A stretch of DNA of 54,917 nt from Candidatus Undinarchaeales archaeon. Lineage in GTDB: Archaea > Undinarchaeota > Undinarchaeia > Undinarchaeales > JALTGF01. Within the stretch, counting starts at the first letter, position 1. Each line of letters opens with the position of its first letter. The notes beneath the pieces are model-generated. The model worked only from the letters and a program-made list of their open reading frames with translations, made no database searches and had not been told where the DNA came from. The DNA lies in NCBI GenBank assembly GCA_046483005.1, contig JAWOEA010000008.1, positions 1 to 54,917 on the forward strand, written 5' to 3'. This document shows, piece by piece, positions 26,641-37,121 of the stretch. The translations under genes were made by a program, and so were the position numbers.

Positions 26641-29600
26641 TTAATCGTGATTATTCATTTCTTTCTGTCTTTTCTTTCTTAGGTTTTCTTCTTTTTTCTT
26701 CTTACGGGCTCTTTTCTTTTTAGCTTTCTTTTCGGCTCTTTTCTTTTTGAATTTCTTGAACCATGATTCTTTATTTTTAGTTTTCTTTGCTTTCTTCTTT
26801 GCTTTTTTATCTGATTTCTTTTGCTGTTTCTTTTCTTTCTTTTTCTCTACTTTTTGTTTCTTCCGCTGTTTCTTTCTCGCTTCTTTTTCTGATTTCTTTT
26901 CTGCCTTTTCTTTTTTCCAGTCTTTAAGTTTGCTGGATAAATTTTTAAATGGATTTTGTTTCTTTTCCTTGGATTTTCTCTGGATTTGGAGTCTTGATTT
27001 TCCTATTTTGGGTTTTTTCTTTCTGAACTTGAGTTTGTTTCTTAACCAGCCTCTTTCTTTGATTGCTTTGCCTGCTTCCTGGACTGCGAGTTCTTCTTCA
27101 ACTTCTGATAATCTCTTTCTTAAAGTGTTGATTCTATGCTTGTAGGCTCTTGTTTCGATTTTGTTTTCTTTCAGATATGCATTCTGGGTTTCTTTGATTA
27201 ACTGCATCAGTCTCTTTCTTTCAATTTCTGCTCTGTTTTCTGCCTTGAACAGGCTCTTATGAGCAATTCTTTCTGATTCGTAGGCAATTGATTTTTGTAC
27301 TGCTCCGGCCAGCTGTTCTTCATACTGGTTCATTGATGTTTTATAGTCGTTCATGCTCATTGTTTTTCTTTTGAACGTTTCTTTTTGGACTTCCTGCATT
27401 AAGCCTACTATTGTTTTTTGGTCTTCTCTTAAAGTGTCCAGTTTATGGTCTATGTACATCAGTTTTCCTTTCCAGTAGATTCCGAAGGCGGTAATTGATG
27501 CCAGAATTGAACCTAGAAGGACCTGTTTCCAGTTGATTAGAATGAATCTGAATAAATTGAATTCGCCTTTTGTTTCAACTACAAACAAATATTCTGCTTC
27601 TTCAATTCTTTCTAAAGCTGAATTGTAGTCTCCTCGTAGGAATGCTGCTTTTGCCAGGTTTAGTGTTTTTTCCGTTCTTGGAGTATTTACTCCTTCGTAG
27701 CTTGCTTGTTCTATTTTGTCTTCAAGTTCAGCTATTTTATCTTCTGAAGTGAAGGCTGCATCTCGGAATGCTTTTGCCTGTTCGTATTTTGCTTGGACTG
27801 CATCGTAATCGTGTTCTTCCATTAATGCTTTTGCTTCTTCTAATAATTCGGGCATGTCCTTGATTTTGAAGCCGCCTTCCTGCATTTCAGATATACTTTC
27901 GTTTAATCTTTCAATTGATATTTCAGCTTCATCTTCGCTTACGGTATGTATGAAAAGAGTGATATTTCTGTCTTCATCCATGTTGGTTGCAAGTCCGGGG
28001 ACATACGCCGTTCCTTTTATATTTAGGACTAAATCATGCTTTCCTGCTGTAAAGTATTCAGGAGCAGTAATGTAAATGAAGAAGCTTTCGCTTTCATTTA
28101 CTCCTATATGTTTGACTTCAGCAGGTTCAACTCGTAAGTATTGAGCTAAGAAGCCGGATACGTTTAGGGTTGTGTTTTTTAGTGGAGCGTAAGTGAATGG
28201 ATTTTCTACTTTCATTCTGAAGAAATTATCTTCTCCTCTTACAATGTCATACATTTCCTCCGTCTGGAAGACTTTCTGCCTTTCAGATTCTCCGAGACCT
28301 CCGCCTCCTCCTCCGCCGGATCCGGTTCCTCCCGTTGTCTCTTCAATTACAGTTTCTCCGGTTACAATATCAGTAGTTAAAGTTACATTTTTTGTTGAAC
28401 AGTTTTCACATCCTGCCACTAAATAATAAGTTACAGTATCTTCAGTTGCAGTGCTTGATACTGAAATAGTTATATTATTCCAGCTTATCTGGTCTACAGA
28501 CATAGAACCAATTGAAGTATCATTTAAATTTCCGCTTGTTAAACTGAATTCGCTGGGTAAATCCCAGTACAGCCAGGAACCGGTTGATGATTCGTTTCCG
28601 CTGTTTTTAACTGAGCCGTTTAGCAGTATACCGGTGTCTCCGGGGCTTACTGATAGAGGTGTTTCATAGTCTTGTATATACATGTAAGGTCCGCCTGCAG
28701 ATAAAATTGCTAATGCGCTTGATGATAAACTCGGCGTTGTTGTTGAATTTGCAGTTACTGTAAAGGATATATTAAACTGTATATCCGCATTAATTGGTTT
28801 GCCCCAGATTTCAATTACCCTTGAATTTCCGGCAGATAAATTGAATGAAGAATTATAACTCATTGTAATCTGCTGGGTCGGGGCGTCGTCTGAAATTGAA
28901 AACGCAAGCGTCCTGTCTCCGGTATTATTAATTGTTAAATTTCCAATTGAAGTGTTTTCGTCCTGTATTATAGTTACATCGCCGAAACTATTCGGGCTTA
29001 AAGTCCAGTTGTATTCCCAGGCAACTTCAATTGTCGTATTGCTTGAAGTATTTGAATTGCTTTCATTGTCTTCGGCATAAACTTTGTAGGTCCAGTTGTT
29101 TGCCTGATAAGGGTCAAGGGCGTAGTAATAGGAAGCCCAGTTGCTTCCGTTGTCATATTTAGTCATCGAGAAGTTGGACCAGGTGTCTCCTTCCTGTTTA
29201 TACACCAAATTAACAGTAGATAAAGTGCTGTACTCTGTTAAATTTGCAGTTACATTTACTTCAGTTCCGGGGTCTAAATTATCCGCGCCGGTTGGCGTAT
29301 GAGAAATTGAAGTGAATACAGGAGGAGTTGCGTCGGCAATATTCGTGCTGTTCTGGCTTGAAACTGAATTTGCGGCCAGGTCGTAGGCAGTCATATTGCA
29401 GGTCAAGTTTCCTGCTCCTGCGTCTCCGGCGTAAATACTTAAGTTCGCCCATGTACTTGATGCACCTACCTGTCTGGTTGTCTCATTATTTAAACCGCTG
29501 CTGTTTATTGTTATTAAAACATAATCCAGCTCTACATCATCTGAAAAGTTGGCTGAACAGGTTACATACTCAGTGTCAGTTACACTGCTGTCGTTGAAAG

Positions 29601-32600
29601 TTACATTATTTACTATGGTTGGATCCACTTCATCTAAAGTTTCCTCTGAACCTAAGCTGGAAGTTAAAGGATTGTCAAGTTTTACATACGTGTCGTTTAT
29701 TTCATTATAACTGTCTGTTGCTAAACCAGTTGTTCTTGCTAACTTAGTGTAGAAATAATCTCCTACAGAAGGCGTAAATGAGCCGGATTTCATTGCCCTG
29801 GTGTAATATTCGTATGATGCTGAATCATACACATTTGTCTGGACAGAGTAAGATAAACTCTGTTTTTGGTCCAGAAAGATGTCTCCCACAAAATTCTGTG
29901 TTGCAGGGTTATGGAACAACACCCAGGTTATATTTCCTACGTCCCCTGTATCTGCTCCGTCTCCTGAGCCGGCGGGCTGGGTTGCTGTCTGATTACTCTC
30001 ATTCATATATGAAATGTTTTCAAACGTTCCGTCCTGCAGGAATACTTTCCTATCATAATAAGTGGTCCAGTCAATTCCCTCTAAAGAAGTTGTATTTGTT
30101 TCAACAATTAGATAATCTCTAAACATTCTGTAAGTTATTGAATAGTTTATTGAACAGGGACTCATCAAACCGCTTGCTGTGTATTCTATTAAAATCGGAC
30201 CGGAATCAACTGAGATGTCTGGAGATGACTGAGAAGTAATTGAACAGGTCCTGTCCGGCCTCTGAACCTGAGGCGCCAGATTCATCGGGTCGTTTCCGCT
30301 TATGTTTGAATTTGTTCCTCTCTTTGCTTTGAACTGGTCTAGTATTCCTCCTGCGGAGTGGTTCGTCCTGAGCCATAGGTTGTCGTTCTCAAGTTCGGAA
30401 TAATTTGAATCTAATGCACTATTCAATAAAGTTGGATAATTCCTTTCAGTTAAATTTGAACTGCTGTAGTAAACATAATAATTTCTGGTTTCTGATTTGT
30501 TTAAACTTGCATAGAAAACTACATTTGCATTTGAAATAGTTGAACCGCTCCAGGTTCTGTTGTATATTTGGCTTGGTATTTCAATTAAATCAGTTGAGTT
30601 GTTTACAACTACCCTGACGCTTGAGTCGGAGGAGCCACTGCTGAAAGTTATTGGTATATTTGCAATATCTCTGTGCCTCTCGACCACTCCCGGTTCAGTT
30701 ATATTTAATTCCGCTCTGAACGGATAGCTCTGCCCGTCTGCATCCAGCGTCCTGTTCTGCCAGACCGCCCCCATATAAATTAAATGATTGAAGTTGACTT
30801 CGTGTATTGTTATGTTTGACCAGTTTGCTGAATTGTTTACAGTATAATTATATGAAAATATTCCGGATTCATTTGTCATTGCTGAATCGCTTACCCTCTC
30901 TCCGCCTGCATCAGTTATAGTTATATTCGGAATTACAGTGAAAACGCCTTCAATTTTTATAGTTGCGTTTGTTCCGTTTGCAAAGAACAGTCTTGGAAGA
31001 GAATTGCTGTAGCTTGTTTCGTTTGTTTTGAATGTCTTTATTTTCTGGACAACTGCTTTATCATTTGTTAACGGATGGTAGTCGCCTCCGGATGCAATGT
31101 TTGAGCTTGAATTGTATGGAGTTATTGAATCTCCTAATCCGTCGTTTGTTGTATCTACTCCGGAATAGTCGCCCCAATAGTTTCCTCCTAAATAAGCTCC
31201 TCCGATTATGTTTGTTCCTTTTGTTGCTGAGATATTCCAGTCATTCGTGCTTGAAGCATCTGAGTCGTAGGCATTTACTCCGTTGCCTGAAATCCAGTTG
31301 TTGTAGATTAGGTTGTTTTCTGAGGTTGAACTTATATTTATTCCTGCATTTGTATTGTTGAAGACTCTGTTGTTTGTAAAATTGGAATTGTCAAAATCAT
31401 ATAGATAAACACCCATAGAGTTGTTATAGACAGTATTATTCGTTATATTACCATAACCAACGGGTTCTTCAATCGAGCCCCCCTGTATTCCTGCTTCAGT
31501 ATTATTGAATATAGTATTATTGTAAATTAAATTATAATTAGAACTATCATCTAAAAGAATCCCATCCTGTAAGTTAATGTGAATAGTATTATTAGATAAT
31601 GTAGTATTGACGCTTCCAGCGGTTATGTGGATGCCATTATAAGTATTGTTGAAAACACTGTTGCCGATTATATTATTATTGTAAGTATGACGCAATTCAA
31701 TGCCATTCTGAGAGTTGTTGTAGACAGTGTTATTAATTAAATTATTTCGCTCAATAGCTATTTCTCCTCCTCTCACATAAATTCCGTTTTGAGCGTTGTT
31801 ATAAACCGAGTTGTTGGTTAGATTATTGTCATTGGCGTCGTCATGTCCGTAAAGATAAATTCCATATTGAGTATTATTGTAAATAGTATTATTAATCAGG
31901 CTGTTGTTTGAAGATCGATATACATATATTCCGTGGTTTGAATTGTTGTAAATTGTATTGTTTATTAAAATATGATTTGTTGCTTCATCTAAATATATAC
32001 CATCAGCAGAAATATTTTTGATGACGTTGTTTTTCACGGTATTGTTAGAATTGCCGGTATCCGAATCATAAAAAGCCAGCCCGTCGTCATTGCTATTACT
32101 TATAATATTACTTGAAAAGGTACTAGTATTAGTAGTTTCAATTCTAAGTGCGCGAGTTTTGAAAGTATACTTGAAGGTATTATTAGTGATATTAAGCCAG
32201 CTGCAATGTTCAGTATATAACCCAGTTGTTGCATTACCGACAGTATTGTTTTTTACAGATAGATTTGTTGAATATTTTGGATAGATAAGTGTTGAATAAT
32301 TACCAATAGTGCAGTCCTTTACAGTTACATTTTCCTGACTAGTTACATTAATTCCATATCCTGAATTATCTCCTCTTATGGTGGCTCCGCTGCAGTTCAG
32401 AGTGACATTGCTGGAATTGATTATTATAACTCCATCAAAGGTTTCAGAGTCGTTCATTAAGTAAGTGCCTGTACAAAGAGTAGTCGTTTCATTCATTATG
32501 TACTGATTTCCATAATCATAAGGATTAATACAAGTCGTATTTACTCTGATAGTGTAGTTTTCAGATTCATTTGAATTTGAGCCGTCGGTTGCATTTATCC

Positions 32601-34914
32601 AGAACCAGTAGAGGCCGTCTGACAGAGAGCTTGTAGTTAAGGTTGTTGCAGTATCATTTGAAACAGAAGAATTGAAACTTTCATTGTAAGTTGTTGCATC
32701 AGATGTATTGTACAAATATAAGGTTGCTGAAGTAGTGCTTACTGCATTATCTGTTACATTAAACTGGATATTTGCTCTAGGATTTGTTGTATTTGTCGCA
32801 TTTGCTGTCATTACATAGATGGTCGGCGAGGTTGCATCTATATGAATAGTATAATTCCCACTGGTTGCAGTATTATTTCCGTCCGATACATTTATCCAAA
32901 ACCAGAAAGTTCCTGACCCGCCGAAATCAATGTTGCTGAAGTTGCTTACCGTGTTGTTCTGTACTGAACCATTATAACTTGTATTTCCTGAGCCGGCAAT
33001 GTAAAATGTCGCCTGCAGTCCGGTTGCATTATCCGGGTCAGTAACATTGTAGTAGAATATATGCCCGGATGCAGATGAATTTGCTGAACCATTTGTGTAG
33101 TTAATTATCTGTACAGACGGAGCATTAGATGGAGCAGGAGCTCCTCCGCCTTCTTCGTTTCCTGAAACTTCTAATAAGGTTGGGCTTGTTGTTGCATCTC
33201 CTACAAAATAAGTTCTTACCTTGAAGTCGGAAGAAATGTTTGAAATGTTGCCGTGAATTGAAGTATTTGAAGAATCCAAAGTAATTGTTGTTCCACTTGT
33301 TGTTGTATTGTTGTATTTTGCATAAGTTCCTAAATAGATGTCTTCTACCTCATCTGCGGATAATGCTCTGTCGAATATTGCGATGTCGTCGAGTACACCG
33401 TTGAAATATTTATCCGCATCCAGTCTTGCACCTATAAACATACCTGTTTCTCCTGCAATGGTTGAGGGAGTATTTGTACCAGATTGAGCCACGCCATCTA
33501 TATATAATTGACCGGACGAAGAACCGTCAAAGGTGTAAGCAAAAAAATACCAAGTGTCAGTATTTATGCTTCCAGAAGACGCGCCCTGCCAACTGCCGTC
33601 ATAGAAAGCAGCTCTTAAATCTCCTGATATAGACGCAATACCAAATCTATTAGAATTTGACTTTTGGTGGTTCACTACTACTACAGAGCTGGTATCATCA
33701 TCAAGATTTATCCATCCAGTAAAAGTTAAAGGAGAACTCTCATCAATTTCGGCAATGGTTCCTCCGATGTCTATATAATCTCCCGTTCCATCAAAGTCGT
33801 ATGCCTGTCCGAATCTACCGCTTACTGCTGTTGCTCCATACACTGTTCCATCATTTAAGCCCAGTTCATCATCTGCGTTTCCTTCCAACCGCCAATAGGA
33901 TGTGAGGTTTGAATCATCTCTCAGATAGGTATTGTCCAAAGGCACCGTTGAACTCGTATTATTCAAAAATTTTATCTTTTCAATGTAATTGGTTGCATTC
34001 AAATCGGAAAAGTCCAGAGTTAAATTAGCCAAACTGGCCGAAATGCTTAAATTCCCTGATGTCCAGTAGCCGGTTGATTTATAGGCGTTTCCTGAGTTGT
34101 ATAAGTCGGAAATTTCTGAAGCAGATAAAACTCTGTCATATACTTTTATGTCGTCAATGATTCCGTCGAAATTTCTGCCGGTTGCTCCGCCGTCTGCAAC
34201 GGTAACTCTACCGACTGCACCTAAATCTGTAGCCGCATTTACATCACTGTCTTCATAAGTCCCATTTAAATAAAGAGTTACATTATGAGCTGAAGCATCC
34301 CATGAAGCACAAAGATGATAAGTTGTTCCAGTTGTAATTATTGCGTTTGCCTCTGTACTATCTGCATCTCTGTGTATAATTCTAAGCTCGCTTACTTCTG
34401 TATCTATAGCAATGAGAACTCCATACCAGGTATTAGTAGTTTGTTCATGATAAATTGCACTGTCTATCCCAACGCTCCCTCTGTCTATAAAACTTTCTGC
34501 ATTAAACCAAAAGCATGTTGTTCTATTGCCGGTAGGAAGACCGGACGGACTTGAATCGTAAAGATAATCTCCTGTTCCGTCAAAATCAAGTGCATCTCCT
34601 ACCATTCCGGAAACATTCTGCGGGTCTCCGCCCACGGTCAGATTATTAACTCCAAGCTCATCCGTCTGATTTCTTTCAAGCATCCAGTATGCAATTAAAT
34701 TATCGTCTTTTTCTCTGTGTGGAGCATCAAGAGCCAGAGTTCCGGATGGAATGCCGTACATATCGGTGTCTGAAGAAGTATTAACTTTTGTTCCAGTATC
34801 AAACTGCAGTCCGGTTGTTATATTAAAATCGGCTGCAAAAGCGGGCAGAGTAAATAGAATAAGCGTAATTAAAAAAACTGTAGATAGTATTGTTAGTTTA
34901 CTGCTGTAATCCAT
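26641..34914 (-). CDS. Giant (2757 aa) type-I membrane-anchored surface protein: signal/anchor, 2x LamG-like, Ig-like repeats, PbH1/NosD-type right-handed beta-helix, long Asn/Ser/Thr-rich ectodomain, one TM, coiled-coil and poly-Lys cytoplasmic tail
   Basis: Single uninterrupted ORF. 'DDIKVYDRVLSASEISDLY' and 'LDDIAIFDRALSADEVEDIY' are LamG_3-type. Repeated 'N.TI.NNS..GI.L' units are PbH1. TM 'VLLGSILASITAFGIYW' lies 274 aa from the C-terminus. Confidence 0.85.
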   Translation of the reverse strand: MDYSSKLTILSTVFLITLILFTLPAFAADFNITTGLQFDTGTKVNTSSDTDMYGIPSGTLALDAPHREKDDNLIAYWMLERNQTDELGVNNLTVGGDPQNVSGMVGDALDFDGTGDYLYDSSPSGLPTGNRTTCFWFNAESFIDRGSVGIDSAIYHEQTTNTWYGVLIAIDTEVSELRIIHRDADSTEANAIITTGTTYHLCASWDASAHNVTLYLNGTYEDSDVNAATDLGAVGRVTVADGGATGRNFDGIIDDIKVYDRVLSASEISDLYNSGNAYKSTGYWTSGNLSISASLANLTLDFSDLNATNYIEKIKFLNNTSSTVPLDNTYLRDDSNLTSYWRLEGNADDELGLNDGTVYGATAVSGRFGQAYDFDGTGDYIDIGGTIAEIDESSPLTFTGWINLDDDTSSVVVVNHQKSNSNRFGIASISGDLRAAFYDGSWQGASSGSINTDTWYFFAYTFDGSSSGQLYIDGVAQSGTNTPSTIAGETGMFIGARLDADKYFNGVLDDIAIFDRALSADEVEDIYLGTYAKYNNTTTSGTTITLDSSNTSIHGNISNISSDFKVRTYFVGDATTSPTLLEVSGNEEGGGAPAPSNAPSVQIINYTNGSANSSASGHIFYYNVTDPDNATGLQATFYIAGSGNTSYNGSVQNNTVSNFSNIDFGGSGTFWFWINVSDGNNTATSGNYTIHIDATSPTIYVMTANATNTTNPRANIQFNVTDNAVSTTSATLYLYNTSDATTYNESFNSSVSNDTATTLTTSSLSDGLYWFWINATDGSNSNESENYTIRVNTTCINPYDYGNQYIMNETTTLCTGTYLMNDSETFDGVIIINSSNVTLNCSGATIRGDNSGYGINVTSQENVTVKDCTIGNYSTLIYPKYSTNLSVKNNTVGNATTGLYTEHCSWLNITNNTFKYTFKTRALRIETTNTSTFSSNIISNSNDDGLAFYDSDTGNSNNTVKNNVIKNISADGIYLDEATNHILINNTIYNNSNHGIYVYRSSNNSLINNTIYNNTQYGIYLYGHDDANDNNLTNNSVYNNAQNGIYVRGGEIAIERNNLINNTVYNNSQNGIELRHTYNNNIIGNSVFNNTYNGIHITAGSVNTTLSNNTIHINLQDGILLDDSSNYNLIYNNTIFNNTEAGIQGGSIEEPVGYGNITNNTVYNNSMGVYLYDFDNSNFTNNRVFNNTNAGINISSTSENNLIYNNWISGNGVNAYDSDASSTNDWNISATKGTNIIGGAYLGGNYWGDYSGVDTTNDGLGDSITPYNSSSNIASGGDYHPLTNDKAVVQKIKTFKTNETSYSNSLPRLFFANGTNATIKIEGVFTVIPNITITDAGGERVSDSAMTNESGIFSYNYTVNNSANWSNITIHEVNFNHLIYMGAVWQNRTLDADGQSYPFRAELNITEPGVVERHRDIANIPITFSSGSSDSSVRVVVNNSTDLIEIPSQIYNRTWSGSTISNANVVFYASLNKSETRNYYVYYSSSNLTERNYPTLLNSALDSNYSELENDNLWLRTNHSAGGILDQFKAKRGTNSNISGNDPMNLAPQVQRPDRTCSITSQSSPDISVDSGPILIEYTASGLMSPCSINYSITYRMFRDYLIVETNTTSLEGIDWTTYYDRKVFLQDGTFENISYMNESNQTATQPAGSGDGADTGDVGNITWVLFHNPATQNFVGDIFLDQKQSLSYSVQTNVYDSASYEYYTRAMKSGSFTPSVGDYFYTKLARTTGLATDSYNEINDTYVKLDNPLTSSLGSEETLDEVDPTIVNNVTFNDSSVTDTEYVTCSANFSDDVELDYVLITINSSGLNNETTRQVGASSTWANLSIYAGDAGAGNLTCNMTAYDLAANSVSSQNSTNIADATPPVFTSISHTPTGADNLDPGTEVNVTANLTEYSTLSTVNLVYKQEGDTWSNFSMTKYDNGSNWASYYYALDPYQANNWTYKVYAEDNESNSNTSSNTTIEVAWEYNWTLSPNSFGDVTIIQDENTSIGNLTINNTGDRTLAFSISDDAPTQQITMSYNSSFNLSAGNSRVIEIWGKPINADIQFNISFTVTANSTTTPSLSSSALAILSAGGPYMYIQDYETPLSVSPGDTGILLNGSVKNSGNESSTGSWLYWDLPSEFSLTSGNLNDTSIGSMSVDQISWNNITISVSSTATEDTVTYYLVAGCENCSTKNVTLTTDIVTGETVIEETTGGTGSGGGGGGGLGESERQKVFQTEEMYDIVRGEDNFFRMKVENPFTYAPLKNTTLNVSGFLAQYLRVEPAEVKHIGVNESESFFIYITAPEYFTAGKHDLVLNIKGTAYVPGLATNMDEDRNITLFIHTVSEDEAEISIERLNESISEMQEGGFKIKDMPELLEEAKALMEEHDYDAVQAKYEQAKAFRDAAFTSEDKIAELEDKIEQASYEGVNTPRTEKTLNLAKAAFLRGDYNSALERIEEAEYLFVVETKGEFNLFRFILINWKQVLLGSILASITAFGIYWKGKLMYIDHKLDTLREDQKTIVGLMQEVQKETFKRKTMSMNDYKTSMNQYEEQLAGAVQKSIAYESERIAHKSLFKAENRAEIERKRLMQLIKETQNAYLKENKIETRAYKHRINTLRKRLSEVEEELAVQEAGKAIKERGWLRNKLKFRKKKPKIGKSRLQIQRKSKEKKQNPFKNLSSKLKDWKKEKAEKKSEKEARKKQRKKQKVEKKKEKKQQKKSDKKAKKKAKKTKNKESWFKKFKKKRAEKKAKKKRARKKKKEENLRKKRQKEMNNHD

Positions 34915-34991
34915 GTTATTCTGTTATAATATATAATAGTATATAAAGATTAAAGTTGAGCAGGACAAAAAGAACTGCAGAACTAATTTAT

Positions 34992-35048
34992 AACCTTTCG
35001 TTACAAATGAAGGTTTAGGGGCAAAACCTTTCATTACGATTAAAGGTT
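34992..35048. promoter_or_regulatory. Two tandem 24-bp inverted-repeat boxes (AACCTTT-N10-AAGGTT) upstream of the giant gene. Candidate operator
   Basis: 34992-35015 'aacctttcgttacaaatgaaggtt' and 35025-35048 'aacctttcattacgattaaaggtt', with starts 33 bp apart. Confidence 0.3.
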
Positions 35049-35189
35049 ATTTAAACAAATTAAGTATCTGCATTAACAGTGCATAAAAATAAGATAATTT
35101 TCGCAGTAATAATGCATAAAACCCAGTATTTCTCACATTACCAATAAAATTAAAATAAGTTTAAATAAAAATAAAAAGATCAAACTTCT

Positions 35190-36059
35190 TTACAAAGTAA
35201 AAGGTACTATTCCAGCCAAAAATGCAAGCAGTCCGATTAGTGCAGCAATTTTCACTCTTTTCTGATTTCTTTTAATCGTTTTCAGGGTTGAACGATGAGA
35301 AACAGAATACACTACTAAGCCCATTACAAGGTCTGCAACTACTGCAAAAACCATGTAATACAGAGACAAAAGACCAATTAAATAAGGGAGAGGACTGATT
35401 AAAACTGCAACAATTAAAAACGAATCAATGACTACAATTGTCTTCTTTTTGCTTCCAATAATCATTGGGAAAGTTTCTGCGCCGAACTCTTTGTCTCCTT
35501 TAATGTCTTCCAAATCTTTCAACAGTTCTCTGGATGCATTTGTGAAGAAAGCAACCACTGCCAGAAAGACGCCGATTAAAAGATTTCCAATAGCTGCCGC
35601 TCCGAAAATGAAAACTGATGCAACTAAGTAGCTGATTATAATATTTCCAAGGAACCCGCTTCTTTTTAATTCAGAAGCATACAGCCAGAGCAAAACTGAA
35701 TTAATTACAGCCAGAAATATGCATAAATAAGGGAGTAAAAAGGAAACTCCTATTCCTAAAGCAAATAGAATTATTGAAAAGTAAAGCATTTCGTTTTTCT
35801 TCAGCTTTCCGGAAGGCAGGGGCTTCTCCGGCTTGTTTACTTTGTCAATATCAATATCATAATAGTCATTAATTGAATTTCCAGCCGAAGAGATTGCAAC
35901 TGCTGCAATTAAAGCCGGAACAGTTATTCGTAATGAGCCAAGACTTTCCGTTCCAATTAAAATTGTAATTAAAATTCCTGCAGTGACCATGACAATATTC
36001 AACGGTCTTGTACTTTTGAAAAGATAAATCAGCTTCTCGAAAATGCCTGCTTCAGCCAT
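35190..36059 (-). CDS. UbiA-family prenyltransferase, likely digeranylgeranylglyceryl phosphate synthase
   Basis: 'NSINDYYDIDIDKVNKPEKPLPSG' (NxxxDxxxD), 8-9 TM, directly downstream of the isoprenoid genes. Confidence 0.75.
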   Translation of the reverse strand: MAEAGIFEKLIYLFKSTRPLNIVMVTAGILITILIGTESLGSLRITVPALIAAVAISSAGNSINDYYDIDIDKVNKPEKPLPSGKLKKNEMLYFSIILFALGIGVSFLLPYLCIFLAVINSVLLWLYASELKRSGFLGNIIISYLVASVFIFGAAAIGNLLIGVFLAVVAFFTNASRELLKDLEDIKGDKEFGAETFPMIIGSKKKTIVVIDSFLIVAVLISPLPYLIGLLSLYYMVFAVVADLVMGLVVYSVSHRSTLKTIKRNQKRVKIAALIGLLAFLAGIVPFTL

Positions 36060-37121
36060 TTAAAACGCCTTCCTCTTTAAATTTCGGGAATTTTTCCAGT
36101 CCAAAAGCTTTCCATATAAAACTGTTTCAGATTTCTTAAGTTCTTCAATATTTTTTGCTCCTGTTAAAAACAGGGTATTTCTAAGAGTTTCGGCAAGTTT
36201 TTCAATTTCCTTTACTACTGCATCCGAGCTTTTTTCAGCTGCCTTGAAAAATGGGTAAGCAAGCCCTCCTAAATCTGCCCCAAGAGCTATTGATTTTGCT
36301 ATATCCATTCCGGTTCTTAATCCGCCGGAGGCAATTAAAGGTATTTTTCCTGAAACCGACCTAACTTCAAGTATGCTTGCTGCAGTTGGAATTCCCCAGT
36401 CCCAGAATTCTTTTAAGTTTTCCTGCTCATCTCTAATAATTTCAACGGCGCTCCAGCTGGTTCCGCCGGCTCCGCCGATATCTATCCCAGTTATTTCCAA
36501 ATCAATTAATTTTTTAGCCGCTTCTTTTGAAATTCCGGCTCCTGTCTCTTTAATTATAATTGGGAATTTAGTTCCTTTGACTATTTTTTCAATTTCTTCT
36601 AAATAGGAAGAAGCATCGGTGTCTCCTTCAACCTGAATTATTTCCTGCAAATTATTCAAATGAATTGCAAATGCATCCGCCTCAATTGATTCAAATGCTT
36701 TCTTAACTCCGTTTACTCCGAACTCTTTCAGTTGAGGAACACCTAAATTTCCAATCAAAAGTATATCCGGAGCAGCATCTCTGACCTGATAAGTTTTAGT
36801 CAGTTTTTCATTTTCAAGCATTGCTCTCTGAGAGCCGAGGCCCATCGCAACTCCTGTTTTCTGGGCTGCTTTTGCAAGATTTTTATTAATTTTAGTGGCA
36901 CTTTTATGCCCTCCAGTCATTCCGCTTATTAAAATAGGATAGTTGAGTTTTTTTCCAAATATTTCAACTGACAAATCAATATCTTCTGCATTTATTTCAG
37001 AAACCGGCTGATGAACAAGTTCTACATTTTCAAAAAGAGTGGTTTTTGCTTTAGCCTGTACTTCTTCTTCAGACATTATTTCCAAATGCTTCCGTTTTCT
37101 GCTTTCAGTTTTCCGGCTCAT
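36060..37121 (-). CDS. fni: Type 2 isopentenyl-diphosphate delta-isomerase (IDI-2, FMN-dependent)
   Basis: 'ISGMTGG', 'GLGSQR', 'ETGAGIS', 'IDIGGAGGTSW', 'ASGGLR.G.D' TIM-barrel motifs. Confidence 0.9.
   Translation of the reverse strand: MSRKTESRKRKHLEIMSEEEVQAKAKTTLFENVELVHQPVSEINAEDIDLSVEIFGKKLNYPILISGMTGGHKSATKINKNLAKAAQKTGVAMGLGSQRAMLENEKLTKTYQVRDAAPDILLIGNLGVPQLKEFGVNGVKKAFESIEADAFAIHLNNLQEIIQVEGDTDASSYLEEIEKIVKGTKFPIIIKETGAGISKEAAKKLIDLEITGIDIGGAGGTSWSAVEIIRDEQENLKEFWDWGIPTAASILEVRSVSGKIPLIASGGLRTGMDIAKSIALGADLGGLAYPFFKAAEKSSDAVVKEIEKLAETLRNTLFLTGAKNIEELKKSETVLYGKLLDWKNSRNLKRKAF

Noticed and set aside
31370-32520. Periodic DNA similarity inside the giant gene (PbH1 turns, Ig-like modules) as tandem satellite repeats or as a diversity-generating retroelement target.
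   Set aside because: The periodicity is at protein-motif level with diverged DNA. There is no reverse transcriptase, no template repeat and no A-specific mismatch pattern visible in the window.
35178-35187. A third partial match to the element core (gatcaaactt) just downstream of the DGGGP synthase gene.
   Set aside because: It is only a 10-nt match with no closing arm (AAAAGTTTG), no GC hairpin and no flanking duplication. That is compatible with chance in an AT-rich 55-kb window.
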